This document shows positions 1 through 7,684 of a stretch of 13,145 bases of DNA, one piece after another. A model generated the notes under the pieces. The model searched no databases and was not told where the DNA came from. It was given only the letters and a program-made list of their open reading frames with translations. Position 1 is the stretch's first letter, and every line of letters begins with the position of its first letter. Origin of the DNA: an uncultured Deinococcales bacterium. GTDB lineage: Bacteria > Deinococcota > Deinococci > Deinococcales > JAAFIG01. Where the stretch lies: contig CAXTTL010000136.1 in the NCBI GenBank assembly GCA_964247135.1, positions 1-13,145 on the forward strand, given 5' to 3'. A program made the translations under genes and the position numbers.

Positions 1-1848
1 TTGCTCGACGACATTTTTACGCTCTTGCAGGCAAACGACATTAAAATTTGTCTCGCCACCAGCACCGCCGCGCACCCCGCCTGGATGGCAACCAAATACC
101 CAGACATTTTGCGGGTTGATAACCAAGGTCGCAAACGCAAATTTGGTGATCGTCACAACTCCTGCCCCTCGAGCGAGGCTTATGCGCGGTTCGCCCCGCA
201 GCTTGCCACAGCCCTCGCAACCCGTTATAAGAATCACCCAGCACTCGAGTTATGGCATGTTTCCAACGAATTTGGCGGCAGTTGTTACTGCGAGAATTGC
301 GAGAAACGCTTTCGGGTCTGGCTACAAAAACGCTACCTCACGCTCGAGGCATTAAATACCGCCTGGAATGCCACATTCTGGAGTCAGATCATCACCGATT
401 GGGACGAAATTGTGGTGCCAAATCAGTTGACAGTGCAATGGTCAGAGCGTGGCAATACCATGCAAGGACTGGTGCTGGACTTCATGCGCTTTAACTCCGA
501 GAACATTCTGGGCATGTACAACCTCGAGTACGACGCGATCAAAGCCGTGATTCCCGAAGCCGTGATTACCACCAACCTGATGGGCATGTACCGTCCGCTC
601 GACTACCGACAATGGGCGAAACGCCTCGACATCATCGCCTGGGATTCGTACCCAGCGCCAGATCACAGCCCCGCCCGCACCGCGATGGCGCACGACCTGA
701 TGCGAGGCTTAAAAAACGGACAGCCTTTTTTGCTGATGGAACAAACCCCGAGCCAAACCAACTGGCAACCATACAATGCCCTGAAACGCCCAGGCGTCAT
801 GCGATTGCAAAGCTGGCAAGCCGTGGCACACGGTGCAGATGCCATCATGTTCTTCCAAATGCGGCGCTCCATCGCCGCCGCCGAAAAATTCCACGGCGCA
901 GTCATCGAGCACTCAGGGCGTTCCGACACTCGAGTTTTTCAAGAAGTTGCCGCACTGGGCAGAGAATTGCAACAACTCGGCGATGTGATTGTCGGCTCGA
1001 GAATGCAGAGCGATGTCGCCATCTGGTTTGACTGGGAAAGCTGGTGGGCGGCTGAAAATTCCCTCGGACCGAGCGCAGGACTGCATTACACCGAAGAAAT
1101 TGGCAAATACCATGCCGCGTTTCACAATGCCAATATTGCTGTGGACATGGTTGGTTATGACTCGAGTTTGCAGCAGTACAAAATCTTGGTTGCACCCGTG
1201 TTGTACATGCTACAACCTGGAATTGCCGAACGGATCAATGCTTTTGTGGCGAACGGCGGCACGCTTGTCACCAGTTTTTTAAGTGGCGTTGCCGATCAGA
1301 ATGACCGCGTTTTTGCTGGTGGACCACCTGGATTGCTGCGCGAAACCCTGGGCTTGTGGGTCGAAGAAATCGATGCGCTGCCACCAGAACAACACAACAC
1401 CATACTGCTTCAAAACCCGTTCAACTCGAGCCACCACGAATATACCTGCAACCTTTTGTTCGCCGTTGTGCGCCTCGAGACTGCCGAAACGATAGCGACG
1501 TATGGACAAGATTTTTACGCTGGCACGCCCGTTGTCACCCGCAACCAATTTGGGGCAGGGCAAGCCTGGTTTGTTGCCTCGAGTCCAGATGCCAATTTCT
1601 TAAACGATTTTGTGCAGCACCTTTGCAGTGAAAACTACGTGCAACCCGTGATGCTAGACGTTCCAACAGGCGTCAAAGTCACCAAGCGCAGCAAAGACGG
1701 ACACGATTATTTTTTTATTCTCAACCACACCAGCACCGCCCAAACCATGCCGCTCGAGATTCCGATGCAAGATTTATTGAGCGGTCAAACATTTACTGGC
1801 AACCTCAGCATTGAAGCTCGAGGTGTGATTGTTGCTGAGAGGGTTTAA
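1..1848 (+). CDS. Beta-galactosidase, glycoside hydrolase family 42 (5' end lies upstream of the window)
   Basis: ORF open from base 1. GH42 motifs: WHVSNEF (acid/base Glu), CYCENC metal-binding cluster, LLMEQ (nucleophile Glu), EKFHG, trimerization-domain region, and C-terminal YFFILNHT domain. Confidence 0.95.
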   Translation: MLDDIFTLLQANDIKICLATSTAAHPAWMATKYPDILRVDNQGRKRKFGDRHNSCPSSEAYARFAPQLATALATRYKNHPALELWHVSNEFGGSCYCENCEKRFRVWLQKRYLTLEALNTAWNATFWSQIITDWDEIVVPNQLTVQWSERGNTMQGLVLDFMRFNSENILGMYNLEYDAIKAVIPEAVITTNLMGMYRPLDYRQWAKRLDIIAWDSYPAPDHSPARTAMAHDLMRGLKNGQPFLLMEQTPSQTNWQPYNALKRPGVMRLQSWQAVAHGADAIMFFQMRRSIAAAEKFHGAVIEHSGRSDTRVFQEVAALGRELQQLGDVIVGSRMQSDVAIWFDWESWWAAENSLGPSAGLHYTEEIGKYHAAFHNANIAVDMVGYDSSLQQYKILVAPVLYMLQPGIAERINAFVANGGTLVTSFLSGVADQNDRVFAGGPPGLLRETLGLWVEEIDALPPEQHNTILLQNPFNSSHHEYTCNLLFAVVRLETAETIATYGQDFYAGTPVVTRNQFGAGQAWFVASSPDANFLNDFVQHLCSENYVQPVMLDVPTGVKVTKRSKDGHDYFFILNHTSTAQTMPLEIPMQDLLSGQTFTGNLSIEARGVIVAERV

Positions 1849-1855
1849 AACGAAA

Positions 1856-1884
1856 AGCAGGGCGCAGCAAGCAGCGCCCCTACA
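1856..1884 (-). repeat. GTAG-family REP, type A (left copy)
   Basis: AGCAGGGCGCAGCAAGCAGCGCCCCTACA is the exact reverse complement of 2399-2427. It reads GTAG-GGGCGC-TGCTTGCT-GCGCCC on the - strand. Confidence 0.9.
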
Positions 1885-2383
1885 TCACATCACTGTTTGG
1901 GTTGTTTGGGTTTTCTTCGTCTTCAGACCAGGATTGCGGATTGTTCAAAATATAGGCACGAATTCGCTCGAGTTCGGTTTCATCCCGAACAATACGATCC
2001 CAAAATCGTTTCTGCCACGCGGGTCGTTCAGCGCGTGCCAATTCTTGATTGATGGCTCGAGCGCTTAAGGATTTAAAAGCGCGTAAAACCGTTGAAATTG
2101 AGACAGCATCAGTCTGTGTCAAACAAATCACGCCATGAACATGATTTGGCATGATAACAAACGCATCCAATTCGATTGTAGGAAATCTCGAGGGCAATTC
2201 TTTCCACACCTCGAGTGTGCGTTCCCCCGCGCTCGAGAGAATCATTTCACCGTTGATGATTTCCCCCAAAATACATTCTCTTTGAAACACGCAAACCGTG
2301 ACAAAATACGCACCTGAACTCGAGTAATCGTAATTTTTCAATCTTGTCGATTTTCGATGGTGTTTTTCAGGATTGAATTTCAT
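1880..2383 (-). CDS. REP-associated tyrosine transposase (RAYT / TnpA-REP, Y1_Tnp HUH family)
   Basis: 167 aa with R-x-S-x-RL-x-x-YDYS-x-x-G-x-YFVT N-terminus, HUH motif MPNHVHG, WQKRFWDRIVRD, and catalytic Tyr in YILNNP. Flanked by REPs. Confidence 0.93.
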   Translation of the reverse strand: MKFNPEKHHRKSTRLKNYDYSSSGAYFVTVCVFQRECILGEIINGEMILSSAGERTLEVWKELPSRFPTIELDAFVIMPNHVHGVICLTQTDAVSISTVLRAFKSLSARAINQELARAERPAWQKRFWDRIVRDETELERIRAYILNNPQSWSEDEENPNNPNSDVM

Positions 2384-2398
2384 ATTTTTACATTCTGC

Positions 2399-2427
2399 TG
2401 TAGGGGCGCTGCTTGCTGCGCCCTGCT
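2399..2427 (+). repeat. GTAG-family REP, type A (right copy)
   Basis: TGTAGGGGCGCTGCTTGCTGCGCCCTGCT: GTAG followed by imperfect palindrome GGGCGC-T-GC-TT-GC-T-GCGCCC. Confidence 0.9.
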
Positions 2428-2883
2428 CTACTCCGTCAAGTCAAGTTGGATTGGATTAGAATTAATGAACCGCATTTTTTCTTCACAGGATTCAGTTTTC
2501 GTCTCGTTTTGTTCATTTGAATACTGAATTTCAATTGTTAAGATGAAGGGTTGCGAGTAAATTATTGCGTCAATAGAATGAAATTCGCCCGTGGTTAGGA
2601 GCTTCTTTCTGGCTATTAGATAATCGGAATCTATAATTTTCAACTGAATCTCTTCACTTATCCCTAAAATTAAAATTTTATTGAAAATATTAGTTTCTAT
2701 CAATTCAGGAATTGATTCCGAATCTGCCCAGCCATAAGCCTTTTCTGCAATAACTGTAACTTTAGAAACTACAATTTCACCAGGTCCAATATTTCTCAAA
2801 ACTAAAAAATTTGAATCTAAACTAAATCCATATACTAAACGACCCAATTGACCAATTTTTTTATTGATTAAAGTCTTCGTCAT
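2428..2883 (-). CDS. Hypothetical protein (AT-rich, 151 aa)
   Basis: Long ORF in AT-rich DNA with an AAGGAG SD 7 nt before the ATG. No family recognised. Confidence 0.7.
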   Translation of the reverse strand: MTKTLINKKIGQLGRLVYGFSLDSNFLVLRNIGPGEIVVSKVTVIAEKAYGWADSESIPELIETNIFNKILILGISEEIQLKIIDSDYLIARKKLLTTGEFHSIDAIIYSQPFILTIEIQYSNEQNETKTESCEEKMRFINSNPIQLDLTE

Positions 2884-2965
2884 GTCCTATCTCCTTACGA
2901 CAATATACTAAATTATCATTCCTCCAACTTGGAATTATTTCCAACTTATCCCAAATACGCCCGTT

Positions 2966-3529
2966 TTACTCGAGCTTCACGTCTTCGTAAACCTCCTCAA
3001 GCGTCATTGAAAAATCCAGACAAGCAAACTCGAGCGTTCCTGTTTCCTCGAGAATCGTGTACTGCCATGTGCCGTCGGGGTTGCGTTTGAACGTCTCGAG
3101 GAGTTTTTTGTTCTGGTGAATCAGGACATACATTTTGAGGCTGGCGGATTTTTGGTAGTTCAACCATTTTTCGCTGCGGTCAAGGTCTTCGGTGCTGTTG
3201 GATAAAACTTCGACAATCAGGCAAGGGTGGTGAATCAATAAATCGTCAACATCATCATCACAACTGACAACGACATCGGGATAATACCCAACGCCGTTTG
3301 GCGTGCGAAGTTTGACGTTTTCCATGTACGCGCCGCAATTGGGTTTGGCTCGAGCCGCAATTCTGGCTTTGGCATGAATGTTGCTGGCAATTAAATTGTG
3401 AACTTTCGTTCCACCAGCCATTGCGAACATAAAACCATCGACGAATTCGTGACGAATTTCTTGTTGCTCCTCGAGTTTGAGGTACTGCTCGAAGGTTAAC
3501 GGTTCGGTGTTGATCGCAACTCGAGGCAC
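2966..3529 (-). CDS. Uma2 family (DUF820) PD-(D/E)xK-like endonuclease
   Basis: LTFEQYL..E...RHEFVDG..AMAGG...HN, YYPDVVVSC, PCLIVEVLS.ST...DR.EK...Y motifs. Start moved from 3580 to GTG 3529, which sits 6 nt after a TATACT -10 box. Confidence 0.9.
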   Translation of the reverse strand: MPRVAINTEPLTFEQYLKLEEQQEIRHEFVDGFMFAMAGGTKVHNLIASNIHAKARIAARAKPNCGAYMENVKLRTPNGVGYYPDVVVSCDDDVDDLLIHHPCLIVEVLSNSTEDLDRSEKWLNYQKSASLKMYVLIHQNKKLLETFKRNPDGTWQYTILEETGTLEFACLDFSMTLEEVYEDVKLE

Positions 3530-3535
3530 GAAAGA

Positions 3536-3565
3536 AGTATAGGGCTTAGGTTTCGAGTTTGTCAG
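3536..3565 (-). promoter_or_regulatory. Sigma70-type promoter for a probable leaderless Uma2 mRNA
   Basis: - strand CTGACA-18nt-TATACT-6nt-GTG, with no SD upstream of the GTG. Confidence 0.55.
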
Positions 3566-3604
3566 CGTTTTTGGGTACAATAAAACGCTTTCTTGGAGGA
3601 CACT

Positions 3605-4354
3605 GTGAAACCATTACTCGCTTTAAATTGGAAGTTACAAAAAGGTCCCGCCGAAGCCCTCGCGTGGAGCAAAGCGCTGCTCGAGAAACTGCCTTCTCCC
3701 CTGCCAGCAGATTTGGCGATCATGTCACCCACAATCAGCCTTCAGGCTGTTTCGGGTGTGTTGCTTGGCTCGAAGGTGACGTTTGGGGCGCAAGATGTCA
3801 GTGCGCAGAGCAAGGGTGCGTTCACGGGTGAAACCGCCGCGCAATGGTTGCTCGAGTTGGGTTGCAAGTTCGCGGTGATCGGTCACAGTGAACGCCGCGA
3901 GTATCACGGTGAAACGGACGCAATTGCGAATGCAAAAGTGAAAGCAACGCAAGCCGCCGGTTTAACCCCGATTTTGTGCGTGGGCGAAAAGCTCGAGGTG
4001 CGTGAAGCTGGCAATGCCGAGTCGTTCACGGTGGGGCAACTCGAGGTGGCGCTGAGTGGTGTCGAAGTGAATTCTGATGATTCGTTGGTGATTGCTTACG
4101 AACCGATCTGGGCGATAGGTACGGGCAAAACCGCCACGCCAGACGATGCCGAAAACATGGGCAACGCGATTCGGGCGTTTTTGGATGGGAAGTACGGCGC
4201 TGCGTCGGCTCACATCCGTATTTTGTACGGTGGCAGCGTCAAACCGGACAACATCAAAGCCTTGTGCGCCCGCAGCAACGTGGATGGCGCGTTGGTGGGC
4301 GGCGCAGCCCTCGAGTTGGACAGCGTACTTGGCATGTTAAACGCTCTGGCGTAA
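3605..4354 (+). CDS. tpiA: Triosephosphate isomerase
   Basis: NWK, IGHSERR, AYEPIWAIGTG, LYGGSVK, DGALVGG motifs. GTG start at 3605 follows GGAGG SD (3595-3599). TACAAT -10-like box at 3576-3581. Confidence 0.97.
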   Translation: MKPLLALNWKLQKGPAEALAWSKALLEKLPSPLPADLAIMSPTISLQAVSGVLLGSKVTFGAQDVSAQSKGAFTGETAAQWLLELGCKFAVIGHSERREYHGETDAIANAKVKATQAAGLTPILCVGEKLEVREAGNAESFTVGQLEVALSGVEVNSDDSLVIAYEPIWAIGTGKTATPDDAENMGNAIRAFLDGKYGAASAHIRILYGGSVKPDNIKALCARSNVDGALVGGAALELDSVLGMLNALA

Positions 4355-4363
4355 TCTGGTTTC

Positions 4364-5209
4364 ATGATGAAATTTGGTGTGGTTGGTGCGGGTCAGATGG
4401 GTGCAGGCATCGCGCAAGTGGCAGCCTCGAGCGGGTTTGAGGTTGTGTTGCGCGATGTCGAAGTTTCTTTTCTCGAGCGTGGAAAAAGCATTGTTGAAAA
4501 GAGTTTGGACAAGTTTGTCGAAAAAGGCAAACTCGAGCTTCACGACCGCAATGCCGCACTGTCCAGAATTCGGTACACCACCTCGCTCAAGGACTTTGCG
4601 GATTGTGACTTGGTGGTCGAAGCGATTCTCGAGAACAAGAATCTAAAACTCGAGTTGCTCCAGCAGCTTGGACGGATCGTGAAACCGAGCGGTGTTCTTG
4701 CCAGCAACACCTCGAGCATCCCGATTACGGAACTTGCCACGGCGTCGGGCAGACCTGCACAATTTATTGGAATGCACTTCATGAATCCCGTGCCGCTGAT
4801 GGCGTTGGTGGAGGTGATTCGCGGCTATTCGACTTCGGATGCGACGCTGGAGTTCACGCTCGAGACAGCCAAAAAAATGGGCAAAACGCCTGTGCAGTGT
4901 AACGATTTTCCTGGTTTCGTCAGCAACCGCATTTTGATGCCAATGCTGAACGAAGCCATTCAATGCGTGATGGAAGGCGTTGCCGAACCCGAGGCGATAG
5001 ACCAAATCATGAAACTCGGCATGAATCACCCGATGGGTCCACTGACGCTGGCAGATTTTATTGGGCTTGACACCTGCTTGGCGATCATGGAAGTGCTGCA
5101 TGAAGGTTTGGGTGACGACAAATACCGTCCGTCGCCATTGCTGCGAAAAATGGTGCAGGCGGGGTTGTTAGGGCGCAAATCCAAACGCGGTTTTTACGAG
5201 TACAATTGA
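4364..5209 (+). CDS. hbd: 3-hydroxybutyryl-CoA dehydrogenase (3-hydroxyacyl-CoA dehydrogenase family)
   Basis: [10 protein letters not shown] Rossmann motif, [42 protein letters not shown]. Confidence 0.93.
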   Translation: MMKFGVVGAGQMGAGIAQVAASSGFEVVLRDVEVSFLERGKSIVEKSLDKFVEKGKLELHDRNAALSRIRYTTSLKDFADCDLVVEAILENKNLKLELLQQLGRIVKPSGVLASNTSSIPITELATASGRPAQFIGMHFMNPVPLMALVEVIRGYSTSDATLEFTLETAKKMGKTPVQCNDFPGFVSNRILMPMLNEAIQCVMEGVAEPEAIDQIMKLGMNHPMGPLTLADFIGLDTCLAIMEVLHEGLGDDKYRPSPLLRKMVQAGLLGRKSKRGFYEYN

Positions 5210-5212
5210 ACC

Positions 5213-5410
5213 ATGAAATTTGATCGAATCACTTTTAATCCAAATGTGATGGGCGGGAAACCTTGCATTCGTGGAATGCGGGTCACCGTTGGAACAATTC
5301 TGGGATTGCTTGCCGCCAACCGAACCCGCGAGGAGATTCTAAAAGCCTACCCGTATCTCGAGGATGCTGATATTTCGGCAGCGCTCGAGTTTGCAGCGTG
5401 GCAAGCCTAA
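5213..5410 (+). CDS. DUF433 domain protein (putative antitoxin, orphan)
   Basis: RIT.NP.VMGGKPCIRGMRVTV..IL.LLA...T.EEIL..YP.LE..DI.AAL.FAA matches the DUF433 pattern. Starts 3 nt after the hbd stop. Confidence 0.88.
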   Translation: MKFDRITFNPNVMGGKPCIRGMRVTVGTILGLLAANRTREEILKAYPYLEDADISAALEFAAWQA

Positions 5411-5425
5411 ACTGATGATCTGAAA

Positions 5426-5484
5426 GTAGGGTGCGCCCTGCGCACCGTCAAATACGTGTTCATGGTGCGCGAGGCGCACCCCAC
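5426..5484. repeat. Inverted REP doublet (REPIN-like), REP type B
   Basis: GTAG-GGTGCGC-CCT-GCGCACC (5426-5446, +) and GTGG-GGTGCGC-CTC-GCGCACC (5464-5484, -), with a 17-nt spacer and GTRG at the outer ends. Confidence 0.85.
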
Positions 5485-5601
5485 CAACATCTTTGTTTTC
5501 GGAAAAGCCTTTCATAAACAAAGGTCAATACACTTTTACCCATGTCTCCTGAAATTCTCGAGGACGCATGACCATGTGCCTCTGCGTTAAAATTCATCAT
5601 C

Positions 5602-6750
5602 ATGTTTTCCCTCAACTCCGACCAAACCGCGATTCTCGAGATGGTTCGTGATTTTTGCAAATCCGAAATTGCACCGCTGGCGGCGCAGTACGACCGCTCG
5701 AGCGAATTTCCTTGGGAGCAGTTAAAAGCGCTTGGTAAGATTGGTTTACTCGGTGCGATGATTCCTGAGGAATTCGGTGGGTCGGGTTTGGATTGCGTGA
5801 CCTACGCATTGTGTCTCGAGGAAATCAGTGCTGCGGATGCCAGCGTGGGTGTGATCGTCAGTGTCACCAACGGTTTACCGCAGCAAATGCTCTTGAAGTA
5901 CGGCACACCCGAGCAGCACAAAAAGTTTCTCGAGCCTCTGGCAAAAGGTGAAAAACTAGGCGCGTTTTGCCTCACCGAAGCCAACTCGGGTTCGGACGCG
6001 GCGAGCCTGCGCACCAAAGCCAGCAAAGACGGCGAGGATTGGATTCTCGAGGGGCAGAAGGTTTGGATTACCAGCGGTGGGCAAGCCGACACGTACTTGG
6101 TCATGGCGCGAACCGATGATGTCAAAGGCGCTCGAGGCGTGACCTGTTTTGTGCTCGAGAAAGGAATGCCCGGTCTGGGTTTTGGCAAGCCCGAAGAGAA
6201 AATGGGTTTGCACGCCGCGCACACGACCACGGTGCAATTTGACGGCGCTCGAGTGCCAGATGCCAACCGCATTGGCGGCGTGGGCGAAGGCTTGGTGATT
6301 GCCCTCTCGAGTTTGGACGGTGGTCGGATTGGCATTGCCATGCAAGCCATCGGCATCGCCCGAGCCGCTTTTGAAGCCGCCCGAGATTACGCCATGCAGC
6401 GCGAACAGTTCGGCTCGAGGATTTCTGAATTTGAGGGGATCAGTTTTAAGATCGCGGACATGGCAACCCGCATTGAAGCCTCGAGGTTGCTGGCATTGCG
6501 TGCCGCGAGTTTACGCGATGCAGGCAAGCATTACGCCAAAGAGGCGAGCATGGCAAAATTGTTCGCCTCCGAGACGGCAACGTTCGTCACCAAAGAAGCG
6601 ATTCAGATTTTTGGCGGTAACGGCTACAGCCGCGATTACCCAGTCGAGCGCCACTACCGCGATGCAAAAATCACCGAGATTTACGAGGGAACTTCTGAAA
6701 TTCAGCGGCTGGTGATCTCGAGACAAATTTTTAGAGAATTCAAACACTGA
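5602..6750 (+). CDS. Acyl-CoA dehydrogenase (short-chain/butyryl-CoA dehydrogenase-like)
   Basis: GAFCLTEANSGSDA, G.K.WITSG, KMGL, LDGGRIGIA.QA.G, R.QFG, QIFGG.GY, RDAKITEIYEGTSEIQR motifs. Confidence 0.95.
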   Translation: MFSLNSDQTAILEMVRDFCKSEIAPLAAQYDRSSEFPWEQLKALGKIGLLGAMIPEEFGGSGLDCVTYALCLEEISAADASVGVIVSVTNGLPQQMLLKYGTPEQHKKFLEPLAKGEKLGAFCLTEANSGSDAASLRTKASKDGEDWILEGQKVWITSGGQADTYLVMARTDDVKGARGVTCFVLEKGMPGLGFGKPEEKMGLHAAHTTTVQFDGARVPDANRIGGVGEGLVIALSSLDGGRIGIAMQAIGIARAAFEAARDYAMQREQFGSRISEFEGISFKIADMATRIEASRLLALRAASLRDAGKHYAKEASMAKLFASETATFVTKEAIQIFGGNGYSRDYPVERHYRDAKITEIYEGTSEIQRLVISRQIFREFKH

Positions 6751-7540
6751 GAATTCGCACTGGATTTGCGTAAACGTTAAACCGTTCATCGCGCAAAAAA
6801 CCGATCAACGTCAAATCAAATTCTTTCGCCAGTTCAACCGCCAAACTCGAGGGCGCAGACACACTTGCCAAAATTGGAACCCTGACGGCAAGGCATTTTT
6901 GTGCGATTTCAAAACCGCAACGCCCAGAGGTCAGCATCACAAAATCTTGGGTTTCAATCAGATTCTCGAGCAGCATCCAACCGATCAGTTTATCCACTGC
7001 GTTGTGCCGTCCAATGTCTTCTCGAGATGCAAGCAATTCACCCTCAAGTGTGAACAATGCCGCCGCGTGAATGCCGCCAGTTGCGTCAAAAACATCTTGT
7101 GAAGCCCGTAGTTTCTTGGGAAGCTCGAGCAAGGTTTTTGCATTCATTTGCGCTTGAGATTGCAGTTTTTGCGAACCTCGAGATTTCAGGTTCTCGAGTG
7201 AAGCTGTGCCGCACACGCCACAGGCGCTCGAGGTCAGGGTTTTGCGTTTGAACTGCTCGAGGTTGGGGCTGCTGTGCAATTCGACGTTTACCGTATTCTG
7301 GAGTTCGTCATTTGGATCGTGCGAGATGCTGTACACATTGTTCGAGTTTTGAATAATTCCCTCATTGAACAACCAACCCAAGCACAACTCGAGATCATGC
7401 CCTGGGGTGCGCATGGTCGTCGTTAACGTTTCGCCATTGACCCGCAACTCGAGCGGTTCTTCTGTAACCAGCACATCGTCACGCTCGAGGAATCTGTTGT
7501 TCTCGAGGGTTGTGATTTTGGTTTTGGTTTGAGGTTTCAA
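6740..7540 (-). CDS. fdhD: Formate dehydrogenase accessory sulfurtransferase FdhD
   Basis: EEPLELRVNG, TMRTPG.D.EL..G.L, SSACGVCG, F..TGG.HAA, REDIGRHNAVDKLIG, SAPSSLAV. Start placed at TTG 7540 because the longer ORF runs into the REP; the start is uncertain. The 3' end overlaps the convergent acyl-CoA dehydrogenase by 11 bp. Confidence 0.93.
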   Translation of the reverse strand: MKPQTKTKITTLENNRFLERDDVLVTEEPLELRVNGETLTTTMRTPGHDLELCLGWLFNEGIIQNSNNVYSISHDPNDELQNTVNVELHSSPNLEQFKRKTLTSSACGVCGTASLENLKSRGSQKLQSQAQMNAKTLLELPKKLRASQDVFDATGGIHAAALFTLEGELLASREDIGRHNAVDKLIGWMLLENLIETQDFVMLTSGRCGFEIAQKCLAVRVPILASVSAPSSLAVELAKEFDLTLIGFLRDERFNVYANPVRILSV

Positions 7541-7577
7541 AAACCACGCCCATGCCGAATGACACAATGTTGGTCTT

Positions 7578-7642
7578 GGGCGCAGCAAGCAGCGCCCCTA
7601 CGCGACAACATTTTTTCGTAGGGGTGAACCTTGTGTTCACCC
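7578..7642. repeat. Mixed REP doublet: type A (7578-7601, -) plus type C (7618-7642, +)
   Basis: GGGCGCAGCAAGCAGCGCCCCTAC is identical to the core of the RAYT-flanking REP. GTAG-GGGTGAAC-CTTGT-GTTCACCC has a perfect 8-bp stem. Both GTAGs lie on the inner side, with a 16-nt spacer. Confidence 0.85.
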
Positions 7643-7684
7643 ACGAACACAAATCGTATCTCTCGAGAATCAAAATTCATGCTT

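Larger units (their letters stand above)
1856..2427. mobile_element. REP-RAYT-REP cassette (HUH/Y1 transposase flanked by inverted REPs)
   Basis: RAYT gene enclosed by a perfect 29-bp inverted repeat (1856-1884 / 2399-2427), each copy containing GTAG plus a hairpin. No target-site duplication seen. Confidence 0.8.

Noticed and set aside
1856-2427. Classical IS element with terminal inverted repeats, or IS200/IS605
   Set aside because: The enzyme is HUH/Y1, not DDE. There is no target-site duplication and no tnpB. The repeats are GTAG hairpins that recur elsewhere (7578-7601), which fits REP/RAYT.
5426-7642. CRISPR array made of palindromic repeats
   Set aside because: The repeats are dispersed, inverted and of different sequence, with no regular repeat-spacer period and no cas genes.
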